From the NCBI RefSeq assembly GCF_000981785.2, contig NZ_CP011304.1:960001-992000 (forward strand): DNA of 32,000 nt, read 5' to 3'. The notes under the pieces were generated by a model. The model saw nothing but the letters and a program-made list of their open reading frames with translations. It did not search any database and was not told the DNA's origin. A program made the translations under genes and the position numbers. This DNA comes from Microcystis aeruginosa NIES-2549 (lineage in GTDB: Bacteria; Cyanobacteriota; Cyanobacteriia; Cyanobacteriales; Microcystaceae). Below are positions 24,533-31,727 of the stretch, piece by piece (the first letter of the stretch is position 1; each line of letters begins with the position of its first letter).

Positions 24533-25366
24533 TTACCCTTCAATCCAAAGTAACGGAACTAAATCATCGACAAAGCAGCATAAATCCGCAAAATCATGAG
24601 GATATTGATTAGACATTCTCTTAAAATCATGTTCTGGGATTGTTCTCATTTTTACCCCAGCAAGTTTTTGAAAATTTGTTACTGATTTAATCTGTTTATA
24701 ATTATCGGTAGAGGTGATAGAGATTATCACTCCATTACAAGCCATTTCCCAATGATTATTATAGGAACGATTCTGACGAGCTAGGGCTTTTTGTCCGCGA
24801 CTGCCTATTTGAAACTCTTCTGGCCCCCTGATTCTTCCCCAAGGTTTTCTTCTAATCTTAAAACTGGTATTTATATGATTATTTTCTTGAATAAAATTTT
24901 TAATCTTTGCGGCTGTCCCTTTCGGAGAACAATCTGTCCAGTCATATTTCAAATGAATATGTGGTAGCTCTTGAGAAGTTTGTGGTTTAAACCCAATAAT
25001 GATTAATCGTCGAGAAAATTCCCTGAGAAAATTTTGGAAGACTAACTCTGATGGTACAATTTGTGGAGATTTAACTTGTGTTCTATTTAGCAAAGGTTGA
25101 AAATGTTTAATTAGATATAGTTCAATTTCATTTAATTCTTCATTATTGCAAACTTGCCAAGCTATTCTTACAGGATAATCTTGATTAATTTCTTGTAATT
25201 GATATATACGATGGTGATTTTTCCAGCGATTTAAAAGATTGACTGCTTGACCAATATAAAGAATTCTATTTTGAGAATCGATAGCAAAATATATGGCCGA
25301 ACAATCAGGAAGTTGATTTAAATTATCTAGTTCTACTGAAGACATTGCCAAAGGATCGAGCAACAT
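24533..25366 (-). CDS. GIY-YIG nuclease-domain protein with unassigned ~170-aa C-terminal domain
   Basis: AIY-FAIDSQNRIL-YIG gives GIY-x10-YIG spacing. It is followed by the conserved R (LLNRWKNHH), E (NEIELYLIKHF) and N (PLLNRT). The 277-codon ORF is intact in very AT-rich DNA. Confidence 0.8.
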   Translation of the reverse strand: MLLDPLAMSSVELDNLNQLPDCSAIYFAIDSQNRILYIGQAVNLLNRWKNHHRIYQLQEINQDYPVRIAWQVCNNEELNEIELYLIKHFQPLLNRTQVKSPQIVPSELVFQNFLREFSRRLIIIGFKPQTSQELPHIHLKYDWTDCSPKGTAAKIKNFIQENNHINTSFKIRRKPWGRIRGPEEFQIGSRGQKALARQNRSYNNHWEMACNGVIISITSTDNYKQIKSVTNFQKLAGVKMRTIPEHDFKRMSNQYPHDFADLCCFVDDLVPLLWIEG

Positions 25367-25559
25367 AAACCTAGTCTTATTTTATTTCCAATATAATAAT
25401 TTTCTGTAATTGCTATCAATTATAAGTCATTATTCGCTTAATTTTTTAAGGCAAGGGTTTTAAAATTGCTGTAACCTTTATCCTGTATACTTTTTAGCGA
25501 ATAAGGTAAACAGAACAGTGGCGATTCCTTAACCTCAAAATAGTCTTTTTGTATTAATA

Positions 25560-25919
25560 AATATTCTAGTAGAAGGCTCAATGCGTTTGCTAGACTGCAT
25601 TTGAGACAATTTATCAAATTTTCGGTTCCAGAAATGAGCGAACGGTGAGTTAGAAAATTCATGTCAGCGAAGAAGTCCGTCAAGCTGTGGGAGAAGAAGG
25701 AGCCTAAGATAGTTTATTTACATCCTTACTCTCTCGACTTTACCTCGATTGAAAACTATTGAAAATTTTTGCCCAAAAGCCAAGTCTATCTTGGGAAAAT
25801 TACAACCGAAAAATTATCGAGATTTAGACAAGGCTCTCGAAGAAGCTTTTAAGGCAGTCTCCAAGAAAGACACCCGTAATTGCTGCAATCACTGTTGTCA
25901 TTATACCTCATCTGTCTGA
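25560..25919 (+). mobile_element. IS630-family transposase C-terminal remnant (frameshifted)
   Basis: The frames read DNLSNFRFQK*, then KIVYLHPYSLDFTSIENY*, then IENFCPKAKSILGKLQPKNYRDLDKALEEAFKAVSKKDTRNCCNHCCHYTSSV*. Compare YLPPYSPDFNPIENFW...AF....KD.RNWF.HCGY. Confidence 0.7.
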
Positions 25920-26087
25920 GAAAGGCTGTAAGTATTTATAAAGTAAAATTTAAAATAAATAATGTCGTGGGTTGGTAGAGCTAAAATACTATATAAGATT
26001 TAAGGGAGTGTGGGCGGAATTCTTCTAATCCCGATACCTGACAGGACTCCACCGAGAAGTAACTATTTTTTAGAGCCAGAAAATATA

Positions 26088-28838
26088 ATGACAGAAATTT
26101 GGGGATCCCTATTTATTTTTTTAGTCTGTCCCATAATCGGGGGATTGCCTCTGATCGATTGGATAAATTATCTAGTAACTGGACGTAAATTATCCCAATT
26201 AGGGACCGGTAATATCGGTGTAACTGCCGCCTTTTATCATGGGGGTAAATTAGCGGGAATTTTGGCGGTAATTTCGGAAGCAGCCAAGGGAATTATCGTT
26301 ATTTTCCTAACCCGTTTCTTTTTTCCTACCGGCTCTCCTTGGGAATTATTAGCTTTAATTGCCTTAGTCGTGGGGCGCTATTGGTTAGGAAAAGGTGCAG
26401 GAACGACTAATGTTTTCTGGGGATTAATCGTTCACGATTTTGTCGCTGTTTTTCTCACCTCAATTATCAGTGGGATTAGCTTTACTATTTTTCGAGAAAA
26501 ATCTACGGGTAGATTGGTAGGATTATTTTTATTAGCTTTAATTCTCACCTTGCGCCGTCCCCACGATTTAGGTTATATTATAACTGCCATTGCTTTAGCC
26601 TGTCTATTAGGGGCAATTTTTCAAAAAATAGCCGACGATTTAGACTTACCCGAAGCAACTGTTAACAATGAATCAAAAACTATGTTTCGTTTTTTTCGTG
26701 GAGATCGATCGATCCAAACTCTTGATGACAATCTAGCGGCTTTAAAAGTGGGACAAAAAGCCGCCACTCTATCCTATCTTAAGCGTACCGGTTATCCCAT
26801 TCCTAGGGGTTGGATTTTACCACCAGGAGATGATCCACAACCCTTAATAGAATCTCTTCATCCTGATATTAATCATCCCTTAGTCGTGCGATCTTCCGCT
26901 ATTGGAGAAGATAGTGAAACCGCTTCATCTGCGGGACAATATACTACAATTCTTAACGTCATCGATCAAGAAAATTTAGCGGCGGCGATTTTAAGTTGTC
27001 AAACCTCCTATAATAGTCCTAATGCCGTTAATTATCGACTCGATCGAGGTCAAGAAAACACGGCCATGGCTGTGTTAATTCAAGAACAAATTCGAGGAGT
27101 TTTTTCGGGGGTTGCCTTCAGTCGCGATCCGATTAATCCTCTCAGTTTAGATGTAGTTATTGAAGCTTTACCCGGAGATGCTACCAGAGTTGTATCGGGG
27201 AGAATCACCCCCGAAAGTTATCGAGTTAATTTAGAAGAAGATATCATCATCGGAGCGGGAGATATTCCCCCGGCTATTATTCAACAGGTAGCTAATCTTT
27301 GTCGGCAATTAGAAGCCCTTGATCATGGCATTCCCCAAGATATAGAATGGACTCATGACGGACAAAAATTATGGTTATTACAGTGCCGTCCTATCACCAA
27401 TTTACAGCCAATTTGGACAAGAAAAATCGCGGCTGAAGTTATCCCAGGGGTAATTCGTCCCTTGCCTTGGTCAATTAATCGCCCCTTAACCTGTGGAGTT
27501 TGGGGAGATATTTTCAGTTTAGTTTTAGGCAAAAAAGCCCTCGATTTGGACTTCAATGAAACAGCCACTTTACACTATCAAAGAGCCTATTTTAATGCTT
27601 CTTTATTAGGAACAATTTTCCGTCGCATGGGATTACCTCCAGAAAGCTTAGAATTCCTGACCAAAGGGTCAAAGTTTACCAAACCACCTTTAACGGCAAC
27701 CTTGGCTAATTCCCCCGGTTTATTAAAACTTTTAGGACGGGAATTACAGTTAGAAAAAGACTTTAGCCAAGATCAAAAAAACTATTTTATACCGACGCTC
27801 GAAAAAATTAACGCTACTTCCCTAGAAACTTTATCTTCTGGGGAGATTTTAGAGCAAATTGAGGAGATTTTAAACGTCTTAAAAAAAGCCACCTATTATA
27901 GTATTCTTGCCCCTCTTAGCTTCGCTTTGCGTCGCAGTATTTCCCGAGTACCTTTTGAGAAATTGGATAACTCCCAAGCACCAGAAATAGCCTCGATGCG
28001 ATCGCTATCTGAACTGAGAAAAAATACGCTCGATCGAGATTTTGACTCGGCTTTTTCCCTCTGGTTAGAAACCTACGGTTATTTAAGCGAAGTGGGGACT
28101 GATATTTCGATACCGAGATGGCGAGAAAATCCCCAAGAGCTGCTACAACTACCCTTAGATAGTCCGGGCAATAATAGCCATAAAAAAGTTAAATCTTCCC
28201 ATACTGTCCAAAAAAGATTAAATATCAAAAACCAAGGGACTGAAATTTACTCCCGTCTTTTAGCTCACCTACGCTGGCATTTTCTCGCTTTAGAAACCCT
28301 CTGGTTACGGCAGCAAATATTATCGGAGACGGGAGATATATTTTATCTAAATTACTCAGAAGTTATCCAGTTAGGTCAGAATAATAAAATCGCCAATCTT
28401 AAGCAAATTATCCGTCAGCGTCGCCAACAATTCCAAGAAAACTCTCAATTAACCGATATTCCCTATATCGTTTATGGACAACCCCCGAAAAAAGAATTTT
28501 TAGTCTCAAATTTAACTGCCAAAAAACGCTTACAGGGAATTGCCGCTAGTGGGGGGACCGTGGAGGGACGAGTCAAAATTATGCCAACCTTACAAAATCT
28601 AGAAATTGCCCCTAATACTATTCTCGTTATTCCCTATACTGACTCAGGATGGTCCCCTTTATTATCCCGGGCTGTGGGCATTATTGCCGAGGTGGGGGGA
28701 CAATTATCCCATGGTGCTATTATTGCCAGAGAATACGGAATTCCGGCGGTTATGGATGTGCATCATGCCATGAAATTGTTAAAAGATGGTCAATTAATTC
28801 GTCTCGATGGCACTCAAGGAATTATTGAAATTCTCTAG
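26088..28838 (+). CDS. Fusion protein: PlsY-like membrane domain, then PPDK_N/PEP-synthase ATP-grasp, central domain and PEP-utilising swivel-His domain
   Basis: I chose the ATG at 26088 (MTEIWGSLFIFL), since the track start is GTG 26 codons upstream. PlsY-like motifs are LGTGNIGVTAAF, EAAKG and GRYWLGKGAGTT. ATP-grasp motifs are VVRSSAIGEDSETASSAGQ and DIEWTHDGQKLWLLQCRPIT. The swivel motif is GGQLSHGAIIAREYGIPAV. Confidence 0.8.
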   Translation: MTEIWGSLFIFLVCPIIGGLPLIDWINYLVTGRKLSQLGTGNIGVTAAFYHGGKLAGILAVISEAAKGIIVIFLTRFFFPTGSPWELLALIALVVGRYWLGKGAGTTNVFWGLIVHDFVAVFLTSIISGISFTIFREKSTGRLVGLFLLALILTLRRPHDLGYIITAIALACLLGAIFQKIADDLDLPEATVNNESKTMFRFFRGDRSIQTLDDNLAALKVGQKAATLSYLKRTGYPIPRGWILPPGDDPQPLIESLHPDINHPLVVRSSAIGEDSETASSAGQYTTILNVIDQENLAAAILSCQTSYNSPNAVNYRLDRGQENTAMAVLIQEQIRGVFSGVAFSRDPINPLSLDVVIEALPGDATRVVSGRITPESYRVNLEEDIIIGAGDIPPAIIQQVANLCRQLEALDHGIPQDIEWTHDGQKLWLLQCRPITNLQPIWTRKIAAEVIPGVIRPLPWSINRPLTCGVWGDIFSLVLGKKALDLDFNETATLHYQRAYFNASLLGTIFRRMGLPPESLEFLTKGSKFTKPPLTATLANSPGLLKLLGRELQLEKDFSQDQKNYFIPTLEKINATSLETLSSGEILEQIEEILNVLKKATYYSILAPLSFALRRSISRVPFEKLDNSQAPEIASMRSLSELRKNTLDRDFDSAFSLWLETYGYLSEVGTDISIPRWRENPQELLQLPLDSPGNNSHKKVKSSHTVQKRLNIKNQGTEIYSRLLAHLRWHFLALETLWLRQQILSETGDIFYLNYSEVIQLGQNNKIANLKQIIRQRRQQFQENSQLTDIPYIVYGQPPKKEFLVSNLTAKKRLQGIAASGGTVEGRVKIMPTLQNLEIAPNTILVIPYTDSGWSPLLSRAVGIIAEVGGQLSHGAIIAREYGIPAVMDVHHAMKLLKDGQLIRLDGTQGIIEIL

Positions 28839-28850
28839 GCATTAGGGGAC

Positions 28851-29050
28851 AGGGTGTAGGGTGTGGGGTGTGGGGTGTGGGGTGTGGAGTGTAGGGTGTG
28901 GAGTGTAGGGTGTGGGGTGTGGGGTGTGGGGTGTGGGGTGTGGGGTGTGGAGTGTGGGGTGTGGGGTGTGGGGTGTAGGGTGTGGGGTGTGGGGAGAATC
29001 AATAAAAATAATCTCCTGACTCCTAACTCCTGAATACTGACTCCTAACCC
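28851..29050 (+). repeat. Largest composite module: (RGRGTGT)x~20.5 (28851-28994), GAGAATCAATAAAAATAATC, then (TCCTRAC-like)x5
   Basis: Units counted directly (GGGGTGT, AGGGTGT, GGAGTGT variants). It lies between two convergent genes. Confidence 0.95.
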
Positions 29051-29390
29051 AATGTTGGTCAAAGATAAGCAAAAATTATTTATTTACTCCAAAAACTTGA
29101 GAATATTTAAATTAACATTTCGCAATATTTACAAATTCTTAAGAATTAATTGAGAAAGATTTTTATTTAACAACGATGTTATGCTGGTTACAGCGATTTT
29201 ACTGAATTTCATAATGGGGTATTCTATGCTTTTTTGGGCAGCAACGGTTGAAACCCTTGCCACACCTAGAAGGTAATCCTCATTAAGACAGGTAAATGAG
29301 TCAATTTCACCCACAACGATGATCTTTTTTTTGTGTAGTTTTATTGCAAAAAAAAAGTTTTTTTGACAAAAAGCACAAAGTATGCGTTAT

Positions 29391-29433
29391 GAAGTGGGGA
29401 AGTGGGGTAATGGGGTGATGGGGAAGTGGGGTA
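29391..29433 (+). repeat. Octamer array (GAAGTGGG / GTAATGGG / GTGATGGG) x5
   Basis: gaagtggggaagtggggtaatggggtgatggggaagtggggtag, read directly. It ends 9 nt from the stop codon of the minus-strand gene. Confidence 0.9.
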
Positions 29434-29442
29434 GTTCGGAAG

Positions 29443-31599
29443 TTATCTGCTATTTTCCAATAAAAACCTTCTTTCTGCCCGAACAATTGCCTCTCTAGTG
29501 GCTAAAACTGCCTCCCTATCCACCGAAAGAGAAGTCACACCCCAAGCAATCAGATCATCGATAAGTTCGGGATACTGGACGATAGCCATGCCGCAAACCG
29601 AACAGGGAATCTGTAAAAGTTTTGCCTGAGTGATAATTTGTTTTAAGGCCGCTCTGACTGCGGGATGACGAGCGTTAAAATATTCTGAGAAATCTTCTCG
29701 ATCGCTACCTAAAAGTAATTGAGTTAAATCATTAGTGCCAATAGCGATCAATTGTACGCCCGCTTGCACATAATCCCTCAATTGAAAGATTACCCCCGGT
29801 ACTTCCACCATTATCCCCAATTGGAAAGAAGGGACTTGAGTGAGTAAAGCCGACTGTACCCGTTGCCGGCAGAAAATAAATTCCTCAACCCCGCGGACAA
29901 AGGGAAGCAGTAAATTAATATTGGTGGTGCCGGTGGTTTGTACCCGTCGTAAAGCTTGCAATTCTAGATCGAATAGAGTCGGATCTAATATATAACCATG
30001 GGTTCCCCGACTGTCTTTAGCCGAATCTTGAGCATCAAAAGAACGGTAAAATAAAGGCTTAGGCTGGATACTAAGGGCAAATTGTGCGATTAAATCACTT
30101 AATCTCTCGATCAATGCTTCTTGATGCTCTGGCGTTAACCATTCTTCTAGATTACGCTGAGAAAGTAACTCTAGAATCATCCATTCTGAGCGCAATAAAC
30201 CGATCCCATCAATAGGCAGTTCTTGGATTCTGGCAATACTTTCAGTTTGACTGAGATTAACCATCAAACGGGTAGCGATTGCCGTCCCGTCGGTTTCTCT
30301 GGGGGGTGGAGGGGGCAAGGAAATCTGTTCCTGAGATGCTAGAGAAATAATTCCCCTCGTACCATCTACTAAAATTATCTCGCCTGAGCGGATAATTTCC
30401 GTGGCATTTTTCACCCCGACAATGGCAGGAATGGCTAATTCCCGGGCTAAAATGGCTCCATGGCTAGTTAATCCCCCCTGTTCCGTGATCATTGCTCGAA
30501 TTTGGCGTAAATGGGGCAGTTTTTTCGGAGGTAAATTAGTAGTAACCAGAATGCAATCCTGAAAATTTGCCTCTGGGGAGTCGAAATTGCTGATCACTTT
30601 TGCCACTCCCGATGCCAACCCTGGGGATGCCCCTAATCCTCTTAAGGGATAATTGGAGGTAGTGGGGGTGATTTCCTGACTGTGACAGTTGAGAATATAA
30701 ATTTGACCATCCAGCATCATCAGCCATTCTATGCTGGTTAACGTCGGTTTTTCCGCCAGTAGAGATTGAATCAGTTGACAAAGGCGATCGAGGGCGAAAT
30801 TATCTAAACAGTAGCTTTCCTGTAAACTGGGTGCTAATAATTGTGGTACGAGCAGATTACTGTCACTATTGAGATAATAAGCCCTGGATTTATTGCCTAA
30901 TTGCCGACTGCGTAATTGACCAGAGCGATCGATAATGTAGGTATCCGGTGCCACTTCTCCATTAACTAAACTGTGTCCTAAACCCCAAACCGCCTGAATT
31001 TCCCAGTTATCCTCATTAATCAACACATTTCCCGCACAATTGGCTGGTAATAACGGTTGTACCAGTAAAGATAATTGAATGTTTTCTAAACCAATTCCCA
31101 TTTTTCGCCAATAAAATAGACTTCTGGCGGTGAATAACTCCGCCCAAGCTTGTTTTAGAGCATTTTCTAGATTATCTGCTTTAATTCCACTGATGGGGGC
31201 GGAAAATAAACCGAGAGTTCGCCGAGCCAGATTAGCTGGTAGGGAAAAGCGCCATACTAGGGTAGCCATGGATAATTGTGCCACGGCCGCCTCTAGTTCT
31301 TCTAACCAGAGAGGAGGAATTTCCGCTTGTAAAATGGCCCGCCGACTCTCTCGCGCAACTAATTGCAGAGCTTTGGCGTTATCTACGTCTAAATAGAGGG
31401 AAGATTGCGGAAAATCAGTCAGAAACGAGTCAGCATTGTCGATAGTTTCCAAAAATTCCGCAAAAATGCGGTTAAAAATGGCAAATCCCCTGATAATTGG
31501 GTATCCTCGTTGGTGCAATTCACTGGCAATAAAAGCTTTTTCCCCCACCAGGGGGCGATCAGAAGCACTAATGCGATCGAGCCAGCAGAGAATGGTCAC
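29443..31599 (-). CDS. PEP-utilising enzyme, three-domain (ATP-grasp-like N domain, swivel His, PEP/pyruvate TIM barrel), PpsA/PPDK-like
   Basis: The swivel motif is GGLTSHGAILARELAIPAIVG. TIM-barrel motifs are GIGLLRSEW, IMVEVP, IGTNDLTQLLLGSDRE and SVCGM. The N domain aligns to PPDK_N, but the RSSA..ED..SFAGQ motif is degenerate. Confidence 0.85.
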   Translation of the reverse strand: MTILCWLDRISASDRPLVGEKAFIASELHQRGYPIIRGFAIFNRIFAEFLETIDNADSFLTDFPQSSLYLDVDNAKALQLVARESRRAILQAEIPPLWLEELEAAVAQLSMATLVWRFSLPANLARRTLGLFSAPISGIKADNLENALKQAWAELFTARSLFYWRKMGIGLENIQLSLLVQPLLPANCAGNVLINEDNWEIQAVWGLGHSLVNGEVAPDTYIIDRSGQLRSRQLGNKSRAYYLNSDSNLLVPQLLAPSLQESYCLDNFALDRLCQLIQSLLAEKPTLTSIEWLMMLDGQIYILNCHSQEITPTTSNYPLRGLGASPGLASGVAKVISNFDSPEANFQDCILVTTNLPPKKLPHLRQIRAMITEQGGLTSHGAILARELAIPAIVGVKNATEIIRSGEIILVDGTRGIISLASQEQISLPPPPPRETDGTAIATRLMVNLSQTESIARIQELPIDGIGLLRSEWMILELLSQRNLEEWLTPEHQEALIERLSDLIAQFALSIQPKPLFYRSFDAQDSAKDSRGTHGYILDPTLFDLELQALRRVQTTGTTNINLLLPFVRGVEEFIFCRQRVQSALLTQVPSFQLGIMVEVPGVIFQLRDYVQAGVQLIAIGTNDLTQLLLGSDREDFSEYFNARHPAVRAALKQIITQAKLLQIPCSVCGMAIVQYPELIDDLIAWGVTSLSVDREAVLATREAIVRAERRFLLENSR

Positions 31600-31727
31600 G
31601 CGATTTGTTAAGAATGGTGAAAGGATTCTAAAATCATTGTGTGATTTTTGTCGCTTTTTATTTTTATCTGCTACTGTAAATTACTGTCACTGTCTTGAGG
31701 ATTATGTCGTCATTAAGGAAAAAACCC

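Noticed and set aside
25438-25683. 81-aa minus-strand ORF next to the GIY-YIG gene (possible partner protein)
   Set aside because: Its right part is antisense to recognisable IS630 transposase remnants on the + strand (DNLSNFRFQK...). The sequence is AT-rich and low-information, with no RBS or motif. It is most likely a chance ORF in AT-rich DNA.
26010-26087. GTG-initiated 26-codon extension of the fusion gene (MGGILLIPIPDRTPPRSNYFLEPENI)
   Set aside because: PlsY-type proteins begin directly with the first TM helix. The ATG at 26088 starts exactly there (MTEIWGSLFIFL...), and the extension has no hydrophobic or conserved character.
28835-29072. Two overlapping minus-strand ORFs (75 and 76 aa) rich in PTPHTPH repeats
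   Set aside because: They are simply translations of the (TGTGGGG)n/(TCCTGAC)n arrays. A 7-nt period cycles through all three frames and happens to lack stops. There is no RBS, and the same artefact appears at every array.
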